A DNA stretch of 64,000 nt from Alsobacter sp. (GCA_046349155.1 JAXMCW010000005.1:55822-119821); one strand, 5' to 3'; numbered from the stretch's first letter, positions 53,813-63,581 are shown. Translations and numbers: made by a program. Notes: generated by a model from the letters alone, not told the origin.

Positions 53813-54949
53813 TCAGCCAGCTTTCCGCTTCTGCAAGCCGGAGGCAGGGACGTCGGCTTCGTCCGGTTCGATTGCGCCCAGCGCCTTCACGATATCGAAC
53901 GTGCCGTTTCTGGCCTGCGCGATGTACATGTTCATCCGCACGTGGTGCTGCCCGGGAACCATGGCGGCCCCGCCACCGGGACCCTCGGCGATCGACGCCC
54001 GGTCGAGAGCGAGAATGACCGCGTCCTGGTCGAGCGACGCCGCCTGCCGCACGGCGGTCGCCCAGAGCGTCATCCCGCGGTAGAGGCCCGAGCATCCGCT
54101 GCCGCCGGTGAACAGCGCCGCGCCAGGGAAACGAGCCTGGTATCTGCCGAGAAGCGACCGGCTGAAGGGGTCGTCCACCGACTGATAGTAGTCCAGGCAG
54201 CTATACAGTCCCTCGGCATGCTCGGCCGGCACCATGTTGAGGAAGTTCTCGTCAAAATAGGTGCAGACCACCTGCCCCCCGCGCCGCCTGAAGCCGGACT
54301 CGTGCAACTGCTCCAGGAAGGGTGTGACGCCCGGCGGGACCGTCGTGTTGAAGACCACGTCCGTGCCGCTGTCCATGATCGCGTCGATCGTGCGGGCATA
54401 GTCCGCGTGGTCGAGCGGGAAATACTCCTCGCCCACGATGCTTCCGCCATGGCGGACGACGGCCGCGCGCACCCGTCTGTTCAGGAGCCTGGGCCAGATA
54501 TAGTCGGCCGAGGGCAGGTAGAATCGCTTCGCGCCGGTCTCTTTCATCAGCCATGGGATGAGGGGATCAACCTGCTGCGCGGGGACAGGTCCCGTGCAGA
54601 AGATCAGGGGATCGCTCTCCTGGCCCTCGTACTGCTCGGGGTAGACGTAGAGCGTCCGCCCCTTCGTCACCGCCGCCGACTTGATCGCCTGTCGCGTCGA
54701 GCTGTAGATGCCGCCGAAGACGACATCGACCCTGTCGTGCTCCACGAGCTTCGTCGCCTTCGCCTCGGCGACGCTGTCGATTGTGGCTCCGTCCTCGACG
54801 ATGAGCTCGACCGGCCGGCCGAGCAGCCCTCCGGCCTCGTTCAACTCATCGACGACCATGCGCGCGACGTTCGCGTTCGCCACCCCGACGAACGAGAGCG
54901 GACCGGTCTGGTCCGCGATGAGCCCAACCTTGATTGCAGGCGCCGGCAT
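53813..54949 (-). CDS. AmiC-like (Peripla_BP_6 type) ligand-binding protein, apparently cytoplasmic
   Basis: Start chosen at MPAPAIKVGLIADQTGPLS, 6 nt after GGAGGA. No signal peptide from that start. The pattern is that of an amide/urea/branched-chain amino acid binding protein. Confidence 0.75.
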   Translation of the reverse strand: MPAPAIKVGLIADQTGPLSFVGVANANVARMVVDELNEAGGLLGRPVELIVEDGATIDSVAEAKATKLVEHDRVDVVFGGIYSSTRQAIKSAAVTKGRTLYVYPEQYEGQESDPLIFCTGPVPAQQVDPLIPWLMKETGAKRFYLPSADYIWPRLLNRRVRAAVVRHGGSIVGEEYFPLDHADYARTIDAIMDSGTDVVFNTTVPPGVTPFLEQLHESGFRRRGGQVVCTYFDENFLNMVPAEHAEGLYSCLDYYQSVDDPFSRSLLGRYQARFPGAALFTGGSGCSGLYRGMTLWATAVRQAASLDQDAVILALDRASIAEGPGGGAAMVPGQHHVRMNMYIAQARNGTFDIVKALGAIEPDEADVPASGLQKRKAG

Positions 54950-55036
54950 GACGTCCTCCTGTGAGCGGGCCGGCCGAATGGCCGACGACGCAGGGAGGAT
55001 GGCGGCCGCCTCTCGGCGCCGCATGGGGTGGATTCC

Positions 55037-56611
55037 CTAGGCCGCAACTCTCTCGTGCAGCAGCAGCCCCCGTTCCAGCGCGAAGAGCGCCGCACCGGCC
55101 CGCGTGGTGACGCCGATCTTCGAGTAGAGGTTCTGGATATGGTTGTCCGCCGTCTTGGGCGTGATGCCCAGTTCCCGCGCCGCTTCTTTCGCGGTGCGTC
55201 CGCCTGCGATCAGCCGGAGCACTTCCAGTTCTCGCGCCGTCAGCCCGGCGATCCTGCCCGGCGCCGAACGTCGCGTCGTTTGGCCGACGCAGGTGAGGAC
55301 CGCGTCGACCGCATCCGGACAGAGCCGGCCAAGGCGGACGGCCTCGCGCAGCTTCGCAGCGGCCACGGCGTCGGTCATGGGCGGCCTGTGGGGCCTGGCC
55401 TCTCGGGCGGTCTGGAACGCCTCCGCCGCTGCGAGAACCCGCGCTGCGGGCGACAGGTCCGGCGCCAGCGCGTTGCGGTGATAGCCGCTGCCATCCAGCC
55501 GCTCGTGATGGCGCAGCACCAGCGCCGCGACGGACCTCCCCTCGGTCCCCAGCACAGCCAGGGCGCGCTCGCCGAAATAGGGGTGGAGGTGCGCGTCGTC
55601 GGTCTCCCGCTCGGTCAGCGGGCCGGCCCGCATCCAGGTCGAGACGGGGACGGCGAGCTCGCCGAGATCGTGGGCGTAGCCGGCCCATCGGACGTCCCGG
55701 ATATCCCCGGCGGGCAGGCCAAGCAGCCGCCCGGCAGCGTCGGCGAGGGACGCCACGGCGCGGGAATGGCCAAACGTGAACGGCATCCGCATGTCGATCA
55801 TGTCCGCGATCGCGATGTAGGCCTCGTCGCACGCCGCCTCGTCGAGCATGGCGTGTGGAGCCGGCTCCAGGGCGAGGATGGCCTCGCGGTCGACAGGTCC
55901 GGTCAGGCCGGCGAAGAGAGCTTCGGCCTGCCCCAGGAAGAGGCCGGCGAGTTCGGCCTCGTAGGCTCCGCCGCCGCGCCGGGCGATCACGGACGTCATG
56001 GCGTCGAAGCCGTGAGCCTCGGCGAGCGCGATCGCGTCCTGGGCCAGCGTGACGAGCCGGACAGGGAGCTTCACGGCTTCTCCGGCCAGGCCCCGCGGCA
56101 GGCCCTTCCCGTCCCAACGTTCGTAGAGTTGGCCGAGGTTGTCGCAGACCTCGTCGGGAAGGCCGATCCGTTCGGCGATCCGCCGGGCCACCTCGCAATG
56201 GCCCGAGAGAATGGGCACGCTGACCTGCATGGCGCTGGCAAGCCCCTGCTGGACGGCCTCGGCCACCTCGTTCGCCGATGCTCCAGGAAGGCTTCGCGCG
56301 ATCGCGCGGGCGATCGTGTCGGCCAACTCGGCCTTGTTCCCGATGTCGATGCGCTGCAGGTCGCGGCGCAGCGCGATCTCATCCCCGAACGCGGCGGCGA
56401 GCAGGTGGGTGTCGGCGTTGCAGCCAATGTAGCGCAGCAGCGCCTGATGGTAGACGGCGCGGCAGGTCTCCGCATCGAGCCCGGCGAGGCCGGCCAGCCG
56501 CATGGCCAGCACGCAGGAGCGGAGGGCAAAGTCGCGGGAATGGCCGGTGGCGAGGTCGGTGGCGTAGGCCAGCGCCATCAGGAAGTCGGCACGCCTGGTT
56601 TGCGCGGCCAT
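55037..56611 (-). CDS. Regulator with two tandem HD-GYP-like domains (the first degenerate) and a C-terminal LuxR-type HTH
   Basis: Domain 1 has YERWDGKGLPRGL but no clear HD. Domain 2 has YAHDLGELAV and HHERLDGSGYH. C-terminal LTARELEVLRLIAGGRTAKEAARELGITPKTADNHIQNLYSKIGV. ATG 56611 follows GGAGG. Confidence 0.75.
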   Translation of the reverse strand: MAAQTRRADFLMALAYATDLATGHSRDFALRSCVLAMRLAGLAGLDAETCRAVYHQALLRYIGCNADTHLLAAAFGDEIALRRDLQRIDIGNKAELADTIARAIARSLPGASANEVAEAVQQGLASAMQVSVPILSGHCEVARRIAERIGLPDEVCDNLGQLYERWDGKGLPRGLAGEAVKLPVRLVTLAQDAIALAEAHGFDAMTSVIARRGGGAYEAELAGLFLGQAEALFAGLTGPVDREAILALEPAPHAMLDEAACDEAYIAIADMIDMRMPFTFGHSRAVASLADAAGRLLGLPAGDIRDVRWAGYAHDLGELAVPVSTWMRAGPLTERETDDAHLHPYFGERALAVLGTEGRSVAALVLRHHERLDGSGYHRNALAPDLSPAARVLAAAEAFQTAREARPHRPPMTDAVAAAKLREAVRLGRLCPDAVDAVLTCVGQTTRRSAPGRIAGLTARELEVLRLIAGGRTAKEAARELGITPKTADNHIQNLYSKIGVTTRAGAALFALERGLLLHERVAA

Positions 56612-56634
56612 GTTCGCCTCCGTTTCGCTGACGC

Positions 56635-57816
56635 TCAGTGCGCCCCTGTTCCGGGCGGAACGAGATGGCGGCCTGCCGAGACCGGCGTCGCCGGCTCGCC
56701 CACTTCGGACGCCGCGGCGGCAGCCATGATCGACCTCAGCACGTCGACCTCGCGCGTGATCGTTTCGGCGAAGTGCGAGGCGGCGTGGTCGACGAAATCG
56801 CGGTCTTTCGCCTTGGGGCGGGCGACCCGGATCTCGACCTGCGTCCCGCCGCCCTCCTTCTCCCGAAAGGCGTAGGTCATGGGGATCTTCGGGGCCTTCG
56901 GTGCGGGCAGGAGCGTCGTGAAGGTCACGGACTCGAAAGGTCGCCACTCCACCACCTCCTCGATGATGGCGCGCTCTCCGTGCATGCAATGGTTCGTGGT
57001 CCCAACGCCCCTGCGGCCGGCGGCCGGCGCTTCGCGGACTTCGTCGGCCGCGCGCCACCTCGGGCGCAGGGACGGCATGAGAAAGTGGTCCCAGACAATC
57101 CGGAGCGGCGCGTCGAAGTCGAAGGCCAGGCGATAGGCGGCGCTCTCGCTGGAGATCTCGTGCACCCGCCGGTCGTTCTCGTCCCGCCACACGTGTTCGA
57201 GGTCGCGCACCCAGCAGGTCACGGTCCCGATGATGTCGATCTCTTCGCGGTCCTCGACCAGACCTTGCGCTCGCGCATCGATTCCGAGCGCATCGACGCA
57301 GGCCTCAGAGTAGAGCGCGTAGGGACGGCCTCCCACCCTCTGGGACGCCCCGTTCTTGAGGAGACGGTGGACCAGGATCACGTCGCGGCCCGCGAGCTCC
57401 TCGCGTCCTGCCATCTTGTGGCGCATGACATCGCCACAATGACACACGAATTTCAGGTCGAGATCCTGCATTCGGCTGCAGGCTTCGCAGGTGCAGGTCG
57501 TGGCCTGGCGGATCGTCCTCAGGCGGCGACGGAATGCGACGTAGGCGGCCTCGACCACGTCCTGGAGCTGGGATCCGTCGAGCGTCGCCAGGGCGGCATG
57601 GACGAAGACGGCGTCACCCTCGAACTTGGCGATCCTGAACGGCGGACGAAGCGCCTTCACGATGGTCGCCATCAGGTCGGCGATGATGTCGTGGGCATGG
57701 TCCAGTTCCACCGAGGCCAGAAAGCCGGTGTAGCCGGAAATGTCTCCGATCAGGAGGCAGGCGGACTCGGGCTTCCCCAACATCGAGCGCTTCTCCGGGA
57801 CGCCCTGGCTTAGCAT
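56635..57816 (-). CDS. Nucleotidyl-cyclase-fold (DUF2652-like) N-terminal domain fused to an SRPBCC/START-like C-terminal domain
   Basis: LLIGDISGYTGF and KFEGDAVFV resemble the two metal-binding Asp motifs of the class III cyclase fold. The C-terminal ~150 aa has an SRPBCC-like pattern. The family name is from memory and was not verified. Confidence 0.55.
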   Translation of the reverse strand: MLSQGVPEKRSMLGKPESACLLIGDISGYTGFLASVELDHAHDIIADLMATIVKALRPPFRIAKFEGDAVFVHAALATLDGSQLQDVVEAAYVAFRRRLRTIRQATTCTCEACSRMQDLDLKFVCHCGDVMRHKMAGREELAGRDVILVHRLLKNGASQRVGGRPYALYSEACVDALGIDARAQGLVEDREEIDIIGTVTCWVRDLEHVWRDENDRRVHEISSESAAYRLAFDFDAPLRIVWDHFLMPSLRPRWRAADEVREAPAAGRRGVGTTNHCMHGERAIIEEVVEWRPFESVTFTTLLPAPKAPKIPMTYAFREKEGGGTQVEIRVARPKAKDRDFVDHAASHFAETITREVDVLRSIMAAAAASEVGEPATPVSAGRHLVPPGTGAH

Positions 57817-57966
57817 GTCCCGCCGCTCCGTTCGACTGGTCGATGCGCCCGACGTCCGGTCTCAGGCCGGCAAGCGCAGAAGGCCCGCTGCCCTACGCCA
57901 AGCTGGCGGGGCGTCAGAGGCGGACCCCGGCGTTGCGTGAATGACGCGACACCGATGCCGTGGAGG

Positions 57967-60681
57967 TCACACGACGTAGGCGCATTGCTCCTGGGGCGTA
58001 CGCGTATCCATGTTGCGGCCGCGGTTCAGATGGTCGTCGATCTCCGCCGCTGCGCCGATCATGCGGCCATAGAGGAAGACGTTGAAGGCAGCAGTCTCGA
58101 GGTCCCGCTCACCCAGCCTGCCGCCCTTGTAGTCCTTCCACAGGAGGGCCAGAAGGAGGGCGGCGATCACGGCGTCGACATTGACGCAGAACACGTTGCG
58201 GGACGCGCCGATCTCGTACAGGGCCTCGACCAGTTCCCGGTAATAGGCGTGGAACACGTTGTAGTCCCCGCGCTTGGCGAGAAACTCGGCGATGAAGCGT
58301 TCGCGCGGGTCGTGGTTGACGGCCTTGCCGCGAAAGATCGGGTGGTTGATGCCGGGCAGCGCGCGCGGCTCGACAGCCCCGCTTTCCTTGGCCTCGGCCT
58401 TCTCGGCCTTGTACGCCGTGGCGAACCGGAGCGCCATGGCCTTCAGGTCGAGCCCGTGGGCGGGATCGGTGGGGTCCTCGAGCCCGGTCGCCTTGAACTG
58501 CTCCAGCAGGAAGGCCATTCCCTCGAAGCCGTTCCCGCCGTGGCTGTAGCCGGAATGGCTGAGGCAGCCGAGCATCGCCTTGTTGATCTGCACGCGGCTC
58601 GGCGTCTGCGGCCCGTCGGCGGCGACGGCACCCTTGGCGCCCTGCGCGGTGATGGCGCCCGGTCCGTTCGAGATCAGGAGGCCGATGAGAATCTGCAGCG
58701 GCAGCGCCTCCTCCTCGGTGGGCTTCTTGCCGGTGAGCGCGAGGAAAAGGAAGTCGGCCATGGCCCAGCGCCCGAAGCGCTCATCGCGCGGCACACCGTG
58801 CAGCCGTCCCCGCTGGTGGTGGCAGGCGGGGATGGACGCGCCGATCATCACCCCGTAGAGCCGCAGGTACCATGGCAAGGTCTCCGCCGTCAGGCGGGAG
58901 ATCCGCTTGCGCATGAGGGGACCCCACGCGATCGTCGTGGCGATCGCCGCCAGCACCGCGTCGCGCGAGAGGGGGATGTCCTGTTGCTCCAGGAAGCGCA
59001 GGAAGAAGGAGCGCCCGCCGCGAGCGTGAACGGCGTCCTGCATGGCCTGAGGGCGAGGGTCCTCGAGTTCCTCGGGTGACGCCCTGAACAGCTCCCGCTG
59101 CTCCTCGGTCAGGCGGATCGCGCTGGCGTCGAACGCCAGGTCGTGGGCGTCCTGCAGGCCCGAATGAGCGAAGAGGTCGATCAACGTGCGGGTGCAGGCG
59201 AGCGCGCGCTCGATCCGCCTCGGTCCGATGATGGCCACGGCGGCGGCCATGACCGTGTTGGGCGAGTTGCCGGCCTCCCGGGCCGCCTCGGCCGCGACCA
59301 GCGCGGGGTCGCCGACCAGGTTCATCTCCGCGGCGACGGCGATGTCCAGCATCGCCCGGTCGTTCTCCGTGGCGATCTCGTGGACGAGAGGCAGGGCGAA
59401 GTTCGCCTCGAGGGGCTGCAATGCAAGGTCGAGCACGGGATGGCCATGCACGTGGGTGACCTGGGTCTTGGGGTCCATGAACGTCGCGCCGGACTTGTCC
59501 TTCATCACCTGGCGCGGCACCACGACGCCGACCTGCCGCTTCAGCGCCTCGATCTGGGTGTCGTAGGGCGGCATGGCCCGCACGGTGGGCAAAGCAAGGG
59601 AGGCCGGCAGCGACAATCCCTGGTCGTTGGCGATCCAGGGCTTCAGCGAGAGGCTGCCGCGCGGCGCGAAATCGGGCGCCACGCCGTTCAAGGCCATCAC
59701 CGCGCTCAGCGCCGCGGGGATATGCGCGATGTTGGTGACCACGGCTCCCTTGGCGGAGACGTGCGGAGTCTCCGGGGTGAAGAGATCCGCCACGCCAAGG
59801 GCGTCGATGAACCAGTTCTCCTTGTCCTCGGCCCGGTCGCCTGCGCCCGCCATGGCGCCGGCATGACCGACGGCGCGCGTGAGCTTCGACTTCCAGCGAC
59901 CCACGATGCAGGCGACCACGGGCTTGTCGAAGGCGAGGCACTGCTCGTAGTAGCCGCCCGGCTCGCAATAGAGCACCGCCGCCTTGCTGCGGGGATCGTT
60001 GCCGAAGGCATGCGCAAAGTCGCGGGCGGCGTAGTGGATGTATACGTCCTTGCCCGAGGAGACGATGGTCGTCGTCCCCCAGCCCGCCGTGGCGAGGTAC
60101 TGAGCGATCGTGGTGCTGAATCCGCCCGAGTTAGAGAAGATGGCGACCGAGCCCTTCAGGAGCGATTCCTCGGGGCTGTCTCCCCCCAGCGCGCCGCCAA
60201 TCCGGACGCGGTTCCAGCTGTCAGCGACGCCGAGGCAATTGGCGCCGAAGATATCGACGCCGTTCGACTGGCCGATGGCCCTGATCTCGCGGGCGTCATG
60301 CACCGACACCTTCTCGGTGATGATGACGACCTTGCGAAGGCCGGGGTTCACGCGCACCAGTTCGGCGACGCCGTCACGCACGCCGGAGGGCGGCAGGTAG
60401 ACGACCCCGGTGTTGAAGGCGTGTCCCGCGCTGAGACCCTCGCGCACGTTGTTGAAGACGGGGATGTCGCCCAGCGACGTCGGCAACACCTGTCCCCCGC
60501 GGCCGGGGGACGTGCCGAACACCACGTTGCCGCCAGAGTAGGCGTGGCTCACCGGCGTGACGGTGCGGGATTCGCCGCCGAGGATGTTCAGCACGCAGAC
60601 CCGATCCTCGCGGGTCGCGACTTCGGCGAGAGAGTCGATGCCGAGGAAATAGGGAAACCCCGGGATGCCCTTCTTGTGCAT
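57967..60681 (-). CDS. ATP-citrate lyase alpha-like protein (SucD-like CoA-ligase domain plus citrate-synthase-like/citryl-CoA-lyase domain), 904 aa
   Basis: Start at MHKKGIPGF. Phosphohistidine context RAVGHAGAMAG. C-terminal GINHPIFRGKAVNHDPR, FCVNVDAVIAALL and FLYGRMIGAAAEIDDHL parallel the ACLY citrate-synthase-homology motifs. The ORF-track upstream extension to 61449 was rejected. Confidence 0.75.
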   Translation of the reverse strand: MHKKGIPGFPYFLGIDSLAEVATREDRVCVLNILGGESRTVTPVSHAYSGGNVVFGTSPGRGGQVLPTSLGDIPVFNNVREGLSAGHAFNTGVVYLPPSGVRDGVAELVRVNPGLRKVVIITEKVSVHDAREIRAIGQSNGVDIFGANCLGVADSWNRVRIGGALGGDSPEESLLKGSVAIFSNSGGFSTTIAQYLATAGWGTTTIVSSGKDVYIHYAARDFAHAFGNDPRSKAAVLYCEPGGYYEQCLAFDKPVVACIVGRWKSKLTRAVGHAGAMAGAGDRAEDKENWFIDALGVADLFTPETPHVSAKGAVVTNIAHIPAALSAVMALNGVAPDFAPRGSLSLKPWIANDQGLSLPASLALPTVRAMPPYDTQIEALKRQVGVVVPRQVMKDKSGATFMDPKTQVTHVHGHPVLDLALQPLEANFALPLVHEIATENDRAMLDIAVAAEMNLVGDPALVAAEAAREAGNSPNTVMAAAVAIIGPRRIERALACTRTLIDLFAHSGLQDAHDLAFDASAIRLTEEQRELFRASPEELEDPRPQAMQDAVHARGGRSFFLRFLEQQDIPLSRDAVLAAIATTIAWGPLMRKRISRLTAETLPWYLRLYGVMIGASIPACHHQRGRLHGVPRDERFGRWAMADFLFLALTGKKPTEEEALPLQILIGLLISNGPGAITAQGAKGAVAADGPQTPSRVQINKAMLGCLSHSGYSHGGNGFEGMAFLLEQFKATGLEDPTDPAHGLDLKAMALRFATAYKAEKAEAKESGAVEPRALPGINHPIFRGKAVNHDPRERFIAEFLAKRGDYNVFHAYYRELVEALYEIGASRNVFCVNVDAVIAALLLALLWKDYKGGRLGERDLETAAFNVFLYGRMIGAAAEIDDHLNRGRNMDTRTPQEQCAYVV

Positions 60682-60707
60682 GGACGTCGATCCTTGTGCG
60701 AGGGGGC

Positions 60708-61988
60708 TCAGGCCGCAGGCCTGACGCCGATGCGGGCAGCGATCTCCGCGCGGCCGCCGGCCTTCATCCAGGCGTCGACCTGCCGGGCATAGTTGACGAC
60801 CTCGGAGATGGCGCTGTCGAAGCCGAACAGGCGGTAGGGCAACCCCAGGCTGTCGCAGGTCTCGGCCAGCGCCCCGAATCCGCGGATGAGGTTGGGTCCG
60901 CCGCGCCCTGCCACGACGTAGAGCGGCGTCGGTCCATACGCGCTGAAGTGCTCGCGGAGGGCGTCGCCCATCGCCCTGAATGTCTCGTAGATATCGGTAT
61001 TGTTCGACTTGCCGCCGATGATGAAGAGCACGTTGGCTTGTTTCAGCCAGTGCTTGTAGCAGATGCGCGCAACGCTCTTCATCTTGTCGTAGGGCGGGTT
61101 GCCGCCGAAGTCGGACGAGATGATCGCGGCCTCGCCAAGCACCTCCGTCACGAGCGAGTTGGCGCCGCCGCCGAACGTGGGCGCGAGGATCGTGCCGTTC
61201 TCGTTGATCACGAAGACGTCGGACTGCCCCTGGTGCGTGCGCAGTTGGTTCACCTCTTGCTCGAAGTCCGAGGTGTCGGCGGTGAAGAGGTGGTCGGGTA
61301 GGTCGAGCCGCTGCCAGCGTGGATCGTCTCGGTCGAAGCCGCACTTGAAGTCGCAGGCGACCGGCGTCAGCCGGCCGTCCTTGCCCGGGCGCATCCTGAT
61401 GGGATTGAGTTCGAGCGTGGTCATTCCGTAGTGGTGCATCAGCTCCCAAAGCTTCGGGAGGTGCTGCACGAGCGGCGAGATGATCTCCTTTGGCGCGCCG
61501 ATGTCGGAGAGCGCATTGGCCACGACGAAGGCCTTGAGGCCGGTCAGGGCGTCGAAGGGCACGCTCGCAACCTCGCTGCGGTCGAGTTCCTCGATGTCGA
61601 TCCCGCCCTTGTGGCTCAGGGTCATCGTCGGAGCGCGGAACTGGGTGGCGTCGCTGATGGCGAAATAGACCTCGTGCTCGGCCGGTACTCCCGCCTCGAA
61701 CGTCACCCCGTTGGCCTTGGCGATGGCGTTGCCGTGTCGGTGCTCGGCGAAGTAGAGGCGCTCCTTCTCCTTCAGCGCGGCGCGCAGGTCCCTGGCTTGA
61801 CCCACCAGGCCGGCCTTGCCCTTCTTGCCGATGCCGCCCTTGAAGAGGGGCTTCACGAAAATGAGCTTGTGGCGGTCGAGGAGGCCCTGGATGTCGTCCT
61901 CCGACGCGCCGGGGCCCAGCACCTCCGTAGCCGGGAAATCGACGTGCTGGAGCAGGCGCGCTCCGTAGAGCATTCCAGTGATCTGCAT
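60708..61988 (-). CDS. ATP-citrate lyase beta-like protein (SucC-like ATP-grasp subunit), 426 aa
   Basis: Start at MQITGMLYGARLL after GAGGGGAAACGCC. KPLFKGGIGKKGKAGLV, LELNPIRM, APTFGGGANS motifs. Lies directly upstream of the alpha-like gene. Confidence 0.75.
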   Translation of the reverse strand: MQITGMLYGARLLQHVDFPATEVLGPGASEDDIQGLLDRHKLIFVKPLFKGGIGKKGKAGLVGQARDLRAALKEKERLYFAEHRHGNAIAKANGVTFEAGVPAEHEVYFAISDATQFRAPTMTLSHKGGIDIEELDRSEVASVPFDALTGLKAFVVANALSDIGAPKEIISPLVQHLPKLWELMHHYGMTTLELNPIRMRPGKDGRLTPVACDFKCGFDRDDPRWQRLDLPDHLFTADTSDFEQEVNQLRTHQGQSDVFVINENGTILAPTFGGGANSLVTEVLGEAAIISSDFGGNPPYDKMKSVARICYKHWLKQANVLFIIGGKSNNTDIYETFRAMGDALREHFSAYGPTPLYVVAGRGGPNLIRGFGALAETCDSLGLPYRLFGFDSAISEVVNYARQVDAWMKAGGRAEIAARIGVRPAA

Positions 61989-62290
61989 GGCGTTTCCCCT
62001 CGCGACTTGGTGACGGGCGGCAGGACCGCTGGGCGGCTCCACTCGGACCGTGGCATTGAATGCTTTGCGACCAGATCGGGCGGGGATTTTGATGCCCCGT
62101 CCCGCAACGGCCGGAACGCGATGCTGCTTTATTGGGCCGAGCTTAGGCTGAAAACCTGTCGCCGACCTGTCGCAATTTGAGCCTGTCACGCGACTCTGAA
62201 CGCCCGTCGGCGGAGGCAAAATTTCACCCGGATGAAATTGACACGATGATTACACCCGGGTAAAACGTCCCAGGGTTTGAGGAGGAGCAC

Positions 62291-62875
62291 ATGCAGGGCA
62301 GCGGGCGGTTGACGGCATTCCGGGACGACAGGCTGCTTGCCTCCGGCAACCGGAGCGAGGTAGCCAGGGCCGTGATGGCCTGCACCGGGCACGCGGAGGG
62401 ACGCGTCCTCGTGTTCGAGGACGACACCGGGGCGCAGGTTGATCTTGACGCTCGCGAACCGGCGGGAGGACCTGGACCTGCTGCCGAGGTTACGAACGAT
62501 CCCGAGGCGCGGCGGGCCGGCCGTCCGAAACTGGGGGTCGTGTCGCGTGAGGTCACCCTTCTGCCGCGCCACTGGGACTGGCTGGCGAGCCAGCCTGGCG
62601 GTGCATCGGTGACGCTGCGAAAGCTCGTCGACGCCGCCCGTCGCGCCGAGGCGGACGGGGGGGCGGCGCGTCGGGCCCGCGAAGCAGCCGACCGGTTCAT
62701 GGGGGCGATGCTGGGCAATGCGCCACATTACGAGGAAGCCTCTCGGGCTCTCTACCGGGGCGATCGATCTCGTTTCCTCGAAATGACACAGGACTGGCCC
62801 GTCGACCCGCGTGACCATGTGCGTCGCCTCGCGGCGCGAAGCTTCGAGGATCCCTCCGCCGGAACGCCAAGATGA
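62291..62875 (+). CDS. Conserved hypothetical protein (DUF2239-like, from memory)
   Basis: 194 aa with high GC3. Divergent from the ACL-like operon. The family assignment is unverified. Confidence 0.5.
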   Translation: MQGSGRLTAFRDDRLLASGNRSEVARAVMACTGHAEGRVLVFEDDTGAQVDLDAREPAGGPGPAAEVTNDPEARRAGRPKLGVVSREVTLLPRHWDWLASQPGGASVTLRKLVDAARRAEADGGAARRAREAADRFMGAMLGNAPHYEEASRALYRGDRSRFLEMTQDWPVDPRDHVRRLAARSFEDPSAGTPR

Positions 62876-63091
62876 GGAAGGGGCCGCAGGCGCAGTGCCG
62901 CGCTCGCGCTCGCGCCTCATCGCATCACGCGCCCGACGCAGATGATGTCCTGCTGGTCGACCTCCGCATATCTTGGAAATGACCCACCCGGCGTCCCACC
63001 GCTGTCGGCTTGGTCCAGTCGCGATCGTCCTTGCATCGAACGTGGGGAGGATGGGCATCCTGCCTGTCTGGGACTGCGAGCATAGGGAGCA

Positions 63092-63514
63092 ATGCCGATG
63101 AAGATCACCGTCGAAACACGCGTGGCCGCCCCGGTGGACGAGGTTTGGCGCGCCTATACGACACCCGCGGACATCGTGATGTGGAACGCCGCATCGGAGG
63201 ATTGGCACACGACGAGGGCCACGGTCGACCTGCGGGAAGGCGGCGATTTCTCGTCGCGCATGGAAGCCAAGGACGGGAGCATGGGCTTCGACTTCGCCGG
63301 AACCTACACAAGGATCGTTCCGCAGGAACTGATCGAGTATGCCTTCGGCGACCGCGCCGCGCGGGTCACGTTTGCGCCCGGTCCCGACGCTGTAACGGTC
63401 CGCGTCGTCTTCGACCCGGAGTCGACCTACCCGCTCGAACAGCAGAAATCGGGTTGGCAGGCCATCCTCGACAGCTTCGCGCGCTACGTGGAATCCCGGC
63501 AGCCCCCACGCTAG
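63092..63514 (+). CDS. SRPBCC/AHSA1 (activator of Hsp90 ATPase homolog 1-like) domain protein
   Basis: 140 aa with ...VETRVAAPVDEVWRAYTTPADIVMWNAASEDWH...GGDFSSRMEAKDGSMGFDFAGTY... pattern. Confidence 0.75.
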   Translation: MPMKITVETRVAAPVDEVWRAYTTPADIVMWNAASEDWHTTRATVDLREGGDFSSRMEAKDGSMGFDFAGTYTRIVPQELIEYAFGDRAARVTFAPGPDAVTVRVVFDPESTYPLEQQKSGWQAILDSFARYVESRQPPR

Positions 63515-63581
63515 GCGCCGTCGTGCCGCACATGCCCCAAGGGTCCCGGCAGAAATGTCAAATCCCTGGCCGGTACGGAAT

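Noticed and set aside
54846-62219. Overlapping ORFs in the right-hand cluster (54846..56198 -, 55028..56875 +, 56638..57813 +, 57937..59079 +, 58781..59968 -, 59143..60792 +, 61431..62180 +, 62186..63640 -). Also the upstream extensions of the ACL-like ORFs (to 61449 and 62219) and of the HD-GYP regulator ORF (to 57190).
   Set aside because: The motif-bearing frames with good RBS-proximal internal ATGs (56611, 60681, 61988) explain the region. The extensions would overlap the neighbouring recognisable genes and have no motif content.
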